Origin: Myxococcota bacterium
Lineage (GTDB): Bacteria; Myxococcota_A; UBA796; UBA2385
Reading direction: 5' to 3'
DNA: 64,000 nt
Assembly: GCA_044344255.1 (NCBI GenBank)
Contig: JBIJDH010000024.1
Coordinates: 1 to 64,000, forward strand
Position 1 is the stretch's first letter. Each line of letters starts with the position of its first letter. The notes beneath the pieces are model-generated. The model ran no database searches. It was not told the origin of the DNA and saw nothing but the letters and a program-made list of their open reading frames with translations. This document shows positions 42,467-52,377 of the stretch, piece by piece. The translations under genes and the position numbers were made by a program.

Positions 42467-43651
42467 ATGCGCACCGCCCCTCCACCGGAGGATCCCCTGC
42501 TCCAGCTCAGCCCCACGCACAGCCAGCCCAGCGCAGACGCCCTGCAGCGCCCTGGCGCCTTCCTTTGGTGGTACCTGGACTTGATCGACGAGCGCGGCGA
42601 CGGCCTCGTGCTCATCTTCTCGTGGGGCCTGCCCTTCCTCCCCGGCCTCGCCGCCGCCGCCCGTGACGGACAGGCGACCCCGCCGTCGGCCCGGCCGAGC
42701 GTCTGCTTCTCGCTCTATGAGGGTGGAAAGACCACCTTCTACCTCCTTCAAGAGCTCGATCCCGGCGCAGCCCACTGTGACGTCTCGGGGCGGCTCCGCA
42801 TCGGCAGCTCGACGCTCGAGACCACCCTCGAGGCCGACGGCGGCCTCCTCGTCGAGGCCTCGCTCGACTGCCCGATCCCCGGCAGCGTCGAGCGCCTCGT
42901 GGGGCGCGTCGTGGCGCGGGGCCGCCCTCGCGTCGGCGGCGACGACGGCGACGGCGACGCCTACCCTGCACACACCTGGAGCCCCCGCCTCGCCGCCGCC
43001 GATGCCACCGCGCGCCTGCTCATCGGCGGCCGGCGCAGCGTCGAGCTCCACGGCCGCGGCTACCACGATCGTAACGACGGCACGGCCCCCCTCCACGCCC
43101 ACGGCATCCGCGAGTGGTGGTGGGCTCGGCTCGCGCTGCCCGATCGGGAGCTGGTCTGGTACGCCCTCGCAGCGGAGGTCTCCGCGGGGGCCACAGCCTC
43201 CGGTGACCGGCAGATCCTGATGGAGATCGGCCGCGACGGCGCCGCCCGACGGCTGGACTCCCCCGAAGATCGCCACCCCGGCGCGCTCGGCCCCGCGGCC
43301 GACCTTCACCTCTTCGGCCCGCGTAGCCCCCGCCGCCTGCGCCTCCACGACAGCGCGGGAGCCCCCGTCGAGGCCCGCCTGCGCTGCATCGACGACAGCC
43401 CCTTCTACCAGCGCTTCACCCTCGAGGGGCGCTCGGCCCAGGGCCCCGTCCGCGGCTTCGCGGAGCGGGTGCGGCCGGCGGCGATCGACCCCGACTGGAT
43501 GCGCCCCCTGGTGCGGATGCGGGTCCACGCCGTCGGCCGCCAGAGCTCCCGCTGGCTGCCCCTCTTCAACGGCCCGGTCGAGACCCGCCTCTCCCGGCTC
43601 ATCCAGCATATGCTCCGCCCCTCCCTCCAGCTCGCCGCGGTGACCGGGTGA
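42467..43651 (+). CDS. crtC: Carotenoid 1,2-hydratase (CrtC-like)
   Basis: PGAFLWWYLD..GLVLI, HTWSP, GRGYHDRNDG, WWWAR, DSPFYQR, plus the crt context. Confidence 0.75.
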   Translation: MRTAPPPEDPLLQLSPTHSQPSADALQRPGAFLWWYLDLIDERGDGLVLIFSWGLPFLPGLAAAARDGQATPPSARPSVCFSLYEGGKTTFYLLQELDPGAAHCDVSGRLRIGSSTLETTLEADGGLLVEASLDCPIPGSVERLVGRVVARGRPRVGGDDGDGDAYPAHTWSPRLAAADATARLLIGGRRSVELHGRGYHDRNDGTAPLHAHGIREWWWARLALPDRELVWYALAAEVSAGATASGDRQILMEIGRDGAARRLDSPEDRHPGALGPAADLHLFGPRSPRRLRLHDSAGAPVEARLRCIDDSPFYQRFTLEGRSAQGPVRGFAERVRPAAIDPDWMRPLVRMRVHAVGRQSSRWLPLFNGPVETRLSRLIQHMLRPSLQLAAVTG

Positions 43652-44835
43652 ACGCTCCCCTTGACGAGCTCATGCCCTGGCTCCTCCTCACGCTGCCGGC
43701 GGCGGTGCCCTTCGGCCTGACCCTCTTGAACCTCGCCACCTGGGCCGACGCCCCGCGGGAGGGCGCCTTCCGATCGTCGGTCTCGGTGCTGATCCCCGCC
43801 CGCGACGAGGCCGCCACCATCGAGCGCTGCGTCCGCGCCGTGGTGGGATCCGGCCTACCGGTGCGGGAGATCGTGGTCTGCGACGACGGCTCCACCGACG
43901 GCACCGGCGACATCCTCCGCCGCCTGCAGGCCGAGCTCCCGCTCCTCCGCGTGATCCAGGGAGCCCCCCTGCCGCCGGGCTGGGTGGGCAAGGTGCACGC
44001 CACCCACCAGCTCGCGCAGGCCGCCCAGGGTGAGCTGCTGCTCTTCCTCGACGCCGACGTCGCCCTCTCTCCCGGCGGCCTCGCCCGCCTCGCCGCCCTC
44101 GCCGAGACGCCGGTGCCGGGCACGCTCTCCGGCCATGTGGGCCCGCCCGACGTGGTCACGGCCGTGCCGCTCCAGCGTATGGGCACCGCCGCCGAGCGGC
44201 TGCTGATGCCTCTGCTCTACCTCTCCTACACGGCCTGGCTGCCCGAGCTCCTGGTGCCCCGCCTCTCCGACCCTCGGCTGCTCGCGGCCAACGGCCAGCT
44301 CCTGCTCATCCGCCGCGCGGCGCTCGATCGTATCGGCGGCTTCGGCGCGGTGCAGGCCGAGGTGGTCGATGACATGGCGCTGTGCCGGAGGGTGAAGGCG
44401 TCGGGCGGCCAGGTGCTCTTCGCCGACGGCCGTCGCCTCGCCACCTGCCGCATGTATGACTCGGGGAGCGCGCTCTGGCGCGGCTTCTCGAAGAACCTCT
44501 ACGAGGGGGTGGGCGGGCACCCGCTGGCGCTGGCCTTCGTGGTGGCCCTGCACCTCGCCTGCTTCGTGGTCCCCTACCTCGCCGTGCCCATCGCCCTCCT
44601 CGCCGACGCCCCCGCCTGGGCCCTGGCCGGGCTCGCGGGCGTGCTGCTGAACACGGCGATGCGGGGGGCGATGGCGCTCCGCTGGGGGCACCCCCTCTGG
44701 AGCGTGATCGCACACCCCGTGGGCGTCCTCGGCCTGCTGGGAATCGCCTTCACCTCGATGCGCTGGAGCCGCCAGGGCCAGATCCAGTGGCGGGGCCGCA
44801 GCTACGCCGCCCGACCGCTGCGGGGGGCTCCATGA
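43648..44835 (+). CDS. Carotenoid glycosyltransferase (GT2, CrtQ-like)
   Basis: SVLIPARDE, DDGSTDGT, LPPGWVGK, LFLDAD, AANGQ, VDDMAL, CRMY..GFSKN, WRGRSY. GTGA overlap. Confidence 0.85.
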   Translation: MNAPLDELMPWLLLTLPAAVPFGLTLLNLATWADAPREGAFRSSVSVLIPARDEAATIERCVRAVVGSGLPVREIVVCDDGSTDGTGDILRRLQAELPLLRVIQGAPLPPGWVGKVHATHQLAQAAQGELLLFLDADVALSPGGLARLAALAETPVPGTLSGHVGPPDVVTAVPLQRMGTAAERLLMPLLYLSYTAWLPELLVPRLSDPRLLAANGQLLLIRRAALDRIGGFGAVQAEVVDDMALCRRVKASGGQVLFADGRRLATCRMYDSGSALWRGFSKNLYEGVGGHPLALAFVVALHLACFVVPYLAVPIALLADAPAWALAGLAGVLLNTAMRGAMALRWGHPLWSVIAHPVGVLGLLGIAFTSMRWSRQGQIQWRGRSYAARPLRGAP

Positions 44836-45599
44836 GCGAGTCCCTGCGCCTGCCACGCCCGCCGCGAGACGCGCGCTCGCCTACGTTCCTGCGGCTCGTG
44901 CGCCCCTACGTGCGGCGGCGAATCTCGCGCGAGCTCGACGGGCTGTGGGTCTCCGGCCTGGAGCCGCTGCGCGCTCGGCTGGCCGAGGGGCCCCTGCTGC
45001 TCGCACCCACCCATGTCTCCTGGTGGGACGCCTTCCTGCTCGTCGCCCTCGACGAGGCCCTGGGCGCCGAGGGCTGGTGCCTGATGGACGCCGACAACCT
45101 CGCCCGGCTGCCCTTCTTCGGCTGGATCGGCGCCCTGCCCCTCGACCGCACCGGCGGCGCGCGCGCCCGACGGGGGCTCGAATTTGCCGCCGCCAAGCTG
45201 AGCGGCCCCGGCAAGGCCCTCTGGGTCTTCCCACAAGGTCGGCAGCGGCCGGCCCACCTCCGCCCGCTCGGCCTCGCGCCCGGGGTCCGCCTCTTGCAGC
45301 GGCTCACCCAGGCGCCGGTGGTGCCGATCAGCCTGAACTACCTCTTCCGCGAGGGCGAGCGGCCCGCCGCCTTCGCCGCGATCGGGCGCCCGGTGGAGGG
45401 GGACCTCCTCCCCGGCCTCGAGGCCTCCCTCGTCCAGGGCCTCGACGCCATCGATCGGTTCGTCGATCGGGGCCAGGGCGACTTCCGGCCCCTCGTCGCC
45501 CCGCACGGCGCCCGCAGCGAGGCGGGCCGCGGCGCGCGCCTGCTGCGGCAGCTCGGCGGCGCCACCCCCGAGCGCGACCCGGCCGGAGCGGGGCCATGA
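44832..45599 (+). CDS. PlsC-family acyltransferase, probable carotenoid-glycoside acyltransferase
   Basis: HxxxxD motif THVSWWD and WVFPQG. ATGA overlaps on both sides. Confidence 0.8.
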   Translation: MSESLRLPRPPRDARSPTFLRLVRPYVRRRISRELDGLWVSGLEPLRARLAEGPLLLAPTHVSWWDAFLLVALDEALGAEGWCLMDADNLARLPFFGWIGALPLDRTGGARARRGLEFAAAKLSGPGKALWVFPQGRQRPAHLRPLGLAPGVRLLQRLTQAPVVPISLNYLFREGERPAAFAAIGRPVEGDLLPGLEASLVQGLDAIDRFVDRGQGDFRPLVAPHGARSEAGRGARLLRQLGGATPERDPAGAGP

Positions 45600-47125
45600 G
45601 CAAGGCTCGCGGCCCGCGGGTGATCGTGGTCGGCGCGGGCCTCGGGGGCCTCGCCGCGGCCATCGAGCTGGCTCACGCCGGCTGCCAGGTCCGCCTCCAA
45701 GAGGCGTTGGACCGCCCCGGCGGCAAGGCGGGGGTGGTGACCTGCGATGGGGTGGAGCTCGACAGCGGGCCGAGCCTGCTCACCTTACCCGACGTGGCCT
45801 TCGCCCTGCTCGACCGCCTCCCCGGCGGCCGCGACCGCCTCAAGCTCCGTCGGCCCTCTCCCGCCTTCCGCTACCTCTACGTGGATGGCGCCGTAGTCGA
45901 CGTCTTCGTCGAGCCGGAGGCCACCCTCGCGAGCGTGCGCGCCGCGCTCGGCGCCGAGGCCGCCGACGACCTCCAGGGCTTCCTCGACTACTCCCGGCAG
46001 ATCTGGGAGGCCGCCGCCCCGCCCTTCGTCTTCGGCCCGGCGCCGGAGTTGTCCAACCTCTTCGGCCTCGCCCAGGGCTGGTCGGCGCTCGGGGCGCTCC
46101 GCCACATCGACCCCCTCCGGACGATGAAGACGGCGATCCACGGGCGGATCCGCTCCCCGCACCTGCGGATGCTGCTCGAGCGTTACGCCACCTACAACGG
46201 CTCCGACGTGCGGGCCGCGCCCGCCACCCTCAACTGCATCGCCCACGTCGAGCTCGCCCTCGGCGGCTTCGGCGTGGAGGGCGGGATCGGCGCCCTGATC
46301 GAGGCCCTGACGGCGGTGGCCGTGGGCCTCGGGGTCGAGCTCCACCTCGGCGCGCCGGTCGCGGGCCTCCGCGTGGAGGGCGGCCGGGCGCGCGGGATCC
46401 GACTTCCGGACGGCGCGGAGATCGACGCCGACGCCGTCGTCGTCAACGCCGACGTGGCCTCGCTCTCCGAGGGTCCCGGGGGCCCCGAGGGCGGCCTCCT
46501 CCCCGCCGCCCATCGCGGGGCGGTGTCGGCCCCCGCCACCCCCTCGATGTCCGGCTGGACGGCCCTCTTCCGCGCCCGCCGCAGGCCCGACCGTGTCGCT
46601 CACACCGTCCTCTTCCCTGCTGACTATGGTCAGGAGATGGTCGACCTCTTCGACCGCGGCCGCCCGCCCGAGGCCCCGACCGTCTATGTCTGCGCCCAGG
46701 CGGTGGCCCACGGCCGGGCCGGCTGGGCCGAGGAGGAGCCCCTCTTCGTGATGATCAACGCCCCCGCCGAGCCGCGCCGGGGCCCCTCGCCCACCGACGG
46801 CGCGCGCCTCTGTGCACAGGCCCGCCAGCGCCTCGAGGCCGCGGGCCTGCTCCTCCCGAACGATCGGCTCCTCTGGGAGCGTGCCCCCGCCGGCCTCGCC
46901 GCCGCCTTCCCCGGCAGCCGCGGCGCCATCTACGGCGCCGCCTCCAACAGCCCCACCGCCGCCTTCGCCCGCCCGGCCAACCGCGTCCGCGCCCTGCCGG
47001 GCCTCTACCTCGCCTCCGGAGGCGCCCACCCCGGCGGCGGCATGCCCCTCGTGATGATGTCGGGTCGGCTCGCCGCCGCCGCCCTGCTCGAAGACCACCC
47101 CGCCGCCGCCTGGAGCCGCCCGTGA
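45596..47125 (+). CDS. crtD: CrtI-family FAD desaturase, probable 1-hydroxycarotenoid 3,4-desaturase
   Basis: VVGAGLGGLAAA, DSGPSLLTLP, RYATYNGS, GAIYG, GGAHPGGGMP. Co-transcribed with crtC. Confidence 0.75.
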   Translation: MSKARGPRVIVVGAGLGGLAAAIELAHAGCQVRLQEALDRPGGKAGVVTCDGVELDSGPSLLTLPDVAFALLDRLPGGRDRLKLRRPSPAFRYLYVDGAVVDVFVEPEATLASVRAALGAEAADDLQGFLDYSRQIWEAAAPPFVFGPAPELSNLFGLAQGWSALGALRHIDPLRTMKTAIHGRIRSPHLRMLLERYATYNGSDVRAAPATLNCIAHVELALGGFGVEGGIGALIEALTAVAVGLGVELHLGAPVAGLRVEGGRARGIRLPDGAEIDADAVVVNADVASLSEGPGGPEGGLLPAAHRGAVSAPATPSMSGWTALFRARRRPDRVAHTVLFPADYGQEMVDLFDRGRPPEAPTVYVCAQAVAHGRAGWAEEEPLFVMINAPAEPRRGPSPTDGARLCAQARQRLEAAGLLLPNDRLLWERAPAGLAAAFPGSRGAIYGAASNSPTAAFARPANRVRALPGLYLASGGAHPGGGMPLVMMSGRLAAAALLEDHPAAAWSRP

Positions 47126-47892
47126 TCACCCTCAGCCTGTGGGCGGCGCTCACCCCCTCCGCGGCCGCCCTCCCGCCCGGCGGCGACCTCCTGCCCGGGA
47201 CCTATGGCCTCGAGCTCTCGCTCGCCTCCCTGGCCGACCTCCCCTTCCTCGGCTCGACGCCGGGGAGGAGCCTGTCCTGGAGCCTCACCACCGTCTCGGC
47301 CACCCCGGAGGGCCTCGTCCAGTCCCACAAGACCTGCGCCGTGCGCATGGAGGGCCGGACGGGGAATTCGAGCGTCCACGTGCCCGCCGCCTTCGTCGCC
47401 GCCCTGCCGGTCCGCACCTACCCGATAGACCTGAGCGCCGGCTATACCGCCGACCTCGGGCTCGACGCCGTCGGCTTCGACCCCGCCCGCGGCCCGCTGC
47501 CCACGCGGATCGACGAGCCCGCCGTGATCGACTGGGACCACGACGGACAGCCCGGCGCCACCGTCGAGCTCCGCATCCCCCTCCTCGGCACCTTTCAGCT
47601 CTATGTCGCCCAACAGGCCCACATCCGCCTGGAGGGAAAGACGAATGGGGCCGACGGGGCCAACGGAGGCGGCGGCGCGAGCGGCGGTGTCGCCTACGTG
47701 GCCTTCGACCAGCACACCCTCGGCGCCAGCAGCGCCTTCTTCGATCGCTCCCCCCGGGTCGCGCCGGTGCCGGAAGACAGCCGCTTCACGCTGATCCCCC
47801 TCCCCGCCGGCGCCCGCTGCGAGGCCGTGCGGACCGTCTTCTGTGACCGCGGCCTCTCCCGCAGCGCCTGCGCCGACCCCTCGAAGGAGTGA
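47122..47892 (+). CDS. Hypothetical secreted protein at the end of the crtC operon
   Basis: GTGA overlap with crtD, signal-like N-terminus, DWDHDGQPG acidic motif. Confidence 0.65.
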   Translation: MITLSLWAALTPSAAALPPGGDLLPGTYGLELSLASLADLPFLGSTPGRSLSWSLTTVSATPEGLVQSHKTCAVRMEGRTGNSSVHVPAAFVAALPVRTYPIDLSAGYTADLGLDAVGFDPARGPLPTRIDEPAVIDWDHDGQPGATVELRIPLLGTFQLYVAQQAHIRLEGKTNGADGANGGGGASGGVAYVAFDQHTLGASSAFFDRSPRVAPVPEDSRFTLIPLPAGARCEAVRTVFCDRGLSRSACADPSKE

Positions 47893-47962
47893 GCCCACCG
47901 GCGACGGCTCCCGGCCCTCCCCGGGGGCTTGAGTTACGCTGGAGGTCGCCGAGAGGTTTTGT

Positions 47963-48844
47963 ATGCTTTCCCTGCTGCTGATGCTCCTCGCCTGCCGCTC
48001 CAACGCACACCGGGGGATAGAGGCCAAGGGCGGAAGCGGCGAAGACAGCGGCGAGCCGACGGACAGCGATGAGCCCGGCGACAGCGATGAGCCCGGCGAC
48101 AGCGATGAGCCCAGCGACAGCGGAGAGGGGCTCCCAACCGGCTGGCCGGAGGAGCTGCCCGCCTGCGCCGATCTCGCGGACCCCTTCCCTCTCGCGGGGC
48201 TCGACGACATCGACGCGGCCTGGGCCGGTCGCCCCGAGTCGGCGGTGGTGGGCGCCGCGATGGCGCTCGTACGAGGCGCCTCCGAGGCCGGCGGCTGTCC
48301 GAGCCTGGTGGACGATCCCTGTGGCGCGGGCACCGTCTTTACGGGCGGCTGCGAGGCCGGGGATGTGACGGCCACGGGCTCTGGTTGGAGCGACGCCTGC
48401 GACGATGGCGGAACCTGGACCTGGTCCGACTTCTCCGTCGCCGATCCGGTGGCAGGTTGGTCCTTCGCGGCGGAGGGGATGGCCTCCTTCGTTATCTCGG
48501 GCGACCAGCTCGAGGACTGGGAGATGGAGGCGACCCTGCACGGTGTCTGCGCCGACGGTGGCTGCGACGGCGTCTATCATTGGAGCGGCACCCACTTCAT
48601 CGGGGGAATGGTGGAGGAGCGACACCAGCGGGCCACCATCGAAGCAGAGGGAGACAGCCGCCAGGGGGAGCTCTGTATCGATGAGTCCCGGGTCCCCGAG
48701 CCCACCTGTGCGGAGGAGGATGTGGGCTGGACCATCCTCCAGGGAGACCGGGTCGTCGTCGCCCTCTGGGACGGAGACATCGCCTGCGATGGCTGCGCGC
48801 GGCTCTTCATCGAGGGGGAGGAGGTGGGCGGGTGGTGTCCCTGA
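47963..48844 (+). CDS. Hypothetical Cys-containing lipoprotein
   Basis: Lipobox LLAC, DSDEPG repeats, CDGC near the C-terminus. Confidence 0.7.
   Translation: MLSLLLMLLACRSNAHRGIEAKGGSGEDSGEPTDSDEPGDSDEPGDSDEPSDSGEGLPTGWPEELPACADLADPFPLAGLDDIDAAWAGRPESAVVGAAMALVRGASEAGGCPSLVDDPCGAGTVFTGGCEAGDVTATGSGWSDACDDGGTWTWSDFSVADPVAGWSFAAEGMASFVISGDQLEDWEMEATLHGVCADGGCDGVYHWSGTHFIGGMVEERHQRATIEAEGDSRQGELCIDESRVPEPTCAEEDVGWTILQGDRVVVALWDGDIACDGCARLFIEGEEVGGWCP
48062..48115 (+). repeat. 18-bp tandem repeat x3 (GACAGCGATGAGCCCRGC)
   Basis: Read directly. Encodes DSDEPG/DSDEPS. Confidence 0.85.
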
Positions 48845-48921
48845 GCGCGCAGGTGGGCGGCCGCCGAGAGGGAGCGCCCCTCGGAGGCCCGGGGTATGGC
48901 ACCCGCAAAACCGAGGTCCTG

Positions 48922-51321
48922 ATGCGCCGCCGCCGTGGAGTCCCGCCGCTCCTCCTCCTGGTCCTCTTGCAGGCCGCCTGCGGGGGGTCGGAGCCCCCGA
49001 GCGGCTCCCCCGACGCGGCCGACGGCTCGGCCATCGACACCGACACCCACGACCCGACAGACGCGGACACCGACGCGGACACCGACGCGGACAGCGACAC
49101 CGACACAGACACGGACGCTGACGATTCGGGCGACACCGGCTCCGCCGCCTCCTGTGGCCAGCGCTTCGCGGGCTGGCCGGCCCCCGCACGGGCGCGTTTC
49201 GCCGGCTTCTCGGCGGCGACCGTGCTCGACCTCGACGGCGACGGCCTCCTTGACTTCGCCACCTGCTGGATCAACGTCAACTGGGCCCTGAACCAGGGAG
49301 GCCCCTGGGTGGTCGAGGGTGAGCTGGCCGTCACGCTCGAAGGGATAGACCTGGACGACTACTGCGAGGACATCGAGGGCCTCGACGTCGATGGGGATGG
49401 TGACCAGGACGTCCTCGTCTCCGCCTACTACACCGGTGGGCTCCGCTGGTTCGAGAACGACGGCGCGGGCGGGCTCACCGACGGTGGCCTGCTCGGGAGC
49501 GGGGTCACCTCTCTGGCCTACATGGCGGTGGGTGACTTCGACGGGGACGGCGCCGTTGACGTGGCGGCCCACCCCCTGGTCTTCTGGAATGACGGAGGCG
49601 GGACCTTCACCCCCGCGCCCTCACCTTGCACCGGGACACCACGGTACGGCGCGGCCGCCATCTTGCCCGGCGGGGCCTCTCTGCTCACCTGTACCTCGGC
49701 CGGCACCGCCTTTGTCGCCAGCGCCGCGCGTATTTGGACCGCCGCCTCTATCGATCCCGATTGCGGCGCCTGGCAGATAGACGGGGGACCTGTCAGCGCG
49801 GCTGACTTTGACGGGGACGGCGACCTGGACACGCTCGCGACCTGGAACGAGAGTGTCTATGTGTGTGAGGGAGACGGTTCGGGTGCGCTCAGCCTCGGGG
49901 CGACGCTGACCCCGGGCGGCGATGCCCGGGTCTCCAACCTCATGGATGTGGACGGGGACGGCTTCGTAGACTTCGCGGTCTACAGCGGGGGCAACCTCGC
50001 CGGCGCCGACCTCACGCTCTATCATGGGAGCGCCTCGGGCTTCGTGGCCACCGATCTGCTCCACCTGTCGGAGGAGACCGTGCAGAGCGGGGGCGCCATC
50101 TATCAGGACATGGACGGAGATGGCTCCGCAGATGTGTTGGTGTGGAACGGTCACAGCGACACCATCTCCTGGTTCGCCTCCGACGGGGCGGGTGGGTTCC
50201 CAGAGAGCTGGTCCGTCATCCCCGAGGTCAATCATGACCAGGCGGCCACCGCTGCCGACCTGGACGGCGACGGAGCGCCCGAGATCGTCGCCGCGACCTA
50301 TGACTCGGCCCGTGTCTACTGGAACGACGGAGCGCGTATCTTGACTGAAGGCGGCGAGGCGACGGTCGACCTCAGCTCCTGGTTCAACGACACACGCATC
50401 TGGCCAGGCGGCGTCGAGCTCGACGGTACCCCGGGAGAGGAGGCCATAGCCACCACATCCGACGGCGCCACCTTCGCGGTCCTGGACGGCGATGGGCGTG
50501 GCTTTACCGCCACCGCCTACGCCGGGCCGGAGGTGGACGTAGACACCACCTTCCAACACGCGGCAGACCTCGACGGCGACGGAGATGACGAGCTCCTGAT
50601 CGAGAACGCGGCCGTCAACAGAGGAGACATGGACGGCGATGGCGTCATCGACGACGAGGTGAAGATCCTCATCGGCGGCCTCGGCGAGGCGGGCTTCCCC
50701 ACCGCCTGGACCGACCTCGTGTTCAGCCTCGGGCCCGACCCGGTGCTCGCCCTGACGATGGACGCCGACCTCGACGGCGACGGCCTCGTCGACCTCGCGA
50801 TCGTAGACGCCGCGGGCGTCCGCCTGTGGGGCTGGGACGGCGCTGCGCTGGTCGAGCGCGTCTCCACCGACCTCATCTGGGGCGGAGGCTCCGCCGATTA
50901 CACCGCCCGCGCCTGGCTCGCCTCCACCGACGCCGACGGAGACGGCGACATCGACCTCCTCATCGCGCTCCGCGGGCTGGCCTCTGTCCAGGTGCTCGAG
51001 AACGACGGCGCCGGAGCCTTCACGGCCGGGGCCATCGTGGCCGTGCCCGCGTCGCTGGAGGAGGCGGCCTACGCAGCGCTGGCCGACCTCTCCGGGGACG
51101 GCCACCTGGACGCCTGGACGCTCGACGGCGACGACGGCGTCGTCCGGAGCTGGCGAGAGACGGAGGCGGGCTGGGAGACGCTGTTGCTCCAGACGATCGG
51201 CATCCTCAACCACGGCACGGCCCGGGACATCGACGGTGACGGTGTCGCCGACCTCGTGGGCGCGGGTGGCCGCCAGTTGTGGGTCTATTGGGGCACGGGC
51301 AAGGAGGTGCCCTGCGAGTGA
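48922..51321 (+). CDS. FG-GAP/VCBS-repeat beta-propeller lipoprotein
   Basis: Signal ending QAAC, DTDA linker, many DxDGDGxxD units and WFENDGAG motifs. Confidence 0.88.
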   Translation: MRRRRGVPPLLLLVLLQAACGGSEPPSGSPDAADGSAIDTDTHDPTDADTDADTDADSDTDTDTDADDSGDTGSAASCGQRFAGWPAPARARFAGFSAATVLDLDGDGLLDFATCWINVNWALNQGGPWVVEGELAVTLEGIDLDDYCEDIEGLDVDGDGDQDVLVSAYYTGGLRWFENDGAGGLTDGGLLGSGVTSLAYMAVGDFDGDGAVDVAAHPLVFWNDGGGTFTPAPSPCTGTPRYGAAAILPGGASLLTCTSAGTAFVASAARIWTAASIDPDCGAWQIDGGPVSAADFDGDGDLDTLATWNESVYVCEGDGSGALSLGATLTPGGDARVSNLMDVDGDGFVDFAVYSGGNLAGADLTLYHGSASGFVATDLLHLSEETVQSGGAIYQDMDGDGSADVLVWNGHSDTISWFASDGAGGFPESWSVIPEVNHDQAATAADLDGDGAPEIVAATYDSARVYWNDGARILTEGGEATVDLSSWFNDTRIWPGGVELDGTPGEEAIATTSDGATFAVLDGDGRGFTATAYAGPEVDVDTTFQHAADLDGDGDDELLIENAAVNRGDMDGDGVIDDEVKILIGGLGEAGFPTAWTDLVFSLGPDPVLALTMDADLDGDGLVDLAIVDAAGVRLWGWDGAALVERVSTDLIWGGGSADYTARAWLASTDADGDGDIDLLIALRGLASVQVLENDGAGAFTAGAIVAVPASLEEAAYAALADLSGDGHLDAWTLDGDDGVVRSWRETEAGWETLLLQTIGILNHGTARDIDGDGVADLVGAGGRQLWVYWGTGKEVPCE

Positions 51322-51417
51322 AGGGCAGCGTCGGATGTGCGGCCGAGGCGGCGCTCATCGGCCTCGGAGAGGTGGAGCCCCCGCGCCGCCAGATGGCCGC
51401 GCCGATGTGGGCCTGCA

Positions 51418-52377
51418 TCACCGGTCTTTCGGGACCACCCGCACCGCCGAGCCCGCCTTCCCGATCTTCCTCAGGTTCTTCGCCGGCCCCTTCCCGATCG
51501 GATAGAGTGACGGCCCCACCGGCTCGACGACCACGAAGGTCTCTCCCTTGCCGCTCTTCTTCGTGGCCTGAAAGGTGGCGTCTCCCTTGGCGGGCTTGAT
51601 GCCCACGCCGGCGAAGGCGTGGCCGGGCAGATAGACCACCGCGGCGGGGAGCTTCGGCAGCTCGGCCCGCAGGAGAGCCAGGAAGAGCACGACCTTGGAG
51701 TCACAGTCGGCGCGGTTGCGGGAGAGGAGGGCCAGCGGGCGGCGATAGCCGGGGTCGTCGCCGTTTCGTTTGGCGACCTCGTAGGGGATGCTCTGGATGA
51801 AAGAGAGGACCCGCTCGACATAACGTCGCTCGCCGTTGACCCCCTCTCGCAGGGCCTCGGCCAGCGGCCGCACGGCGTCGGTGTACTCGACGACGAGGCG
51901 GGCGTGGTCATAGGACAGCAGGGTGGGGGAGAGCCAGAAGAAGTCATTCTTCTCGATGAACCGATTGAGCGCCTCTCGCTGGACCTCCTGGGCCCCGGCC
52001 AGGGCGCGCTGGATCACCTTCTTGTTGGGGCCGGTGGCGCGGAGGGAGAGGCCGCCTTCCCCATCCTCGCTCACCTTGAGCACGACGCCGTCGTTGAGCG
52101 ATCGTGCATAGTCACGGATCGCCTCCTCAACGGCGTTGTTGGCTCTCTTCTTCGGGAAGCCGGTGGTCTTCTTGAGGTCGGCCTCCACCTCGTCTGTGGG
52201 GAGGGAGAAGTCGACCTTGTGCGCCTTGTGGTCACCGTCCTTCCAGCCCACCTTGAATTCGGTCTTTCGCCCGCCCTCGTCCTTGTTGAATTGGGTCTGC
52301 TCCCCGTGGGCGGCGGCCGACAGGAAGAGCCAGAGCAGGAGGCCCGACGAGAGGCAAGCCCGCAGCAGGGGCCTCAT
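51418..52377 (-). CDS. Secreted transglutaminase-like (Cys-His-acid) protein
   Basis: Signal peptide. FIQSIPY, DCDSK, PGHAFAG and VEPVG are consistent with a transglutaminase-like triad. Confidence 0.65.
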   Translation of the reverse strand: MRPLLRACLSSGLLLWLFLSAAAHGEQTQFNKDEGGRKTEFKVGWKDGDHKAHKVDFSLPTDEVEADLKKTTGFPKKRANNAVEEAIRDYARSLNDGVVLKVSEDGEGGLSLRATGPNKKVIQRALAGAQEVQREALNRFIEKNDFFWLSPTLLSYDHARLVVEYTDAVRPLAEALREGVNGERRYVERVLSFIQSIPYEVAKRNGDDPGYRRPLALLSRNRADCDSKVVLFLALLRAELPKLPAAVVYLPGHAFAGVGIKPAKGDATFQATKKSGKGETFVVVEPVGPSLYPIGKGPAKNLRKIGKAGSAVRVVPKDR

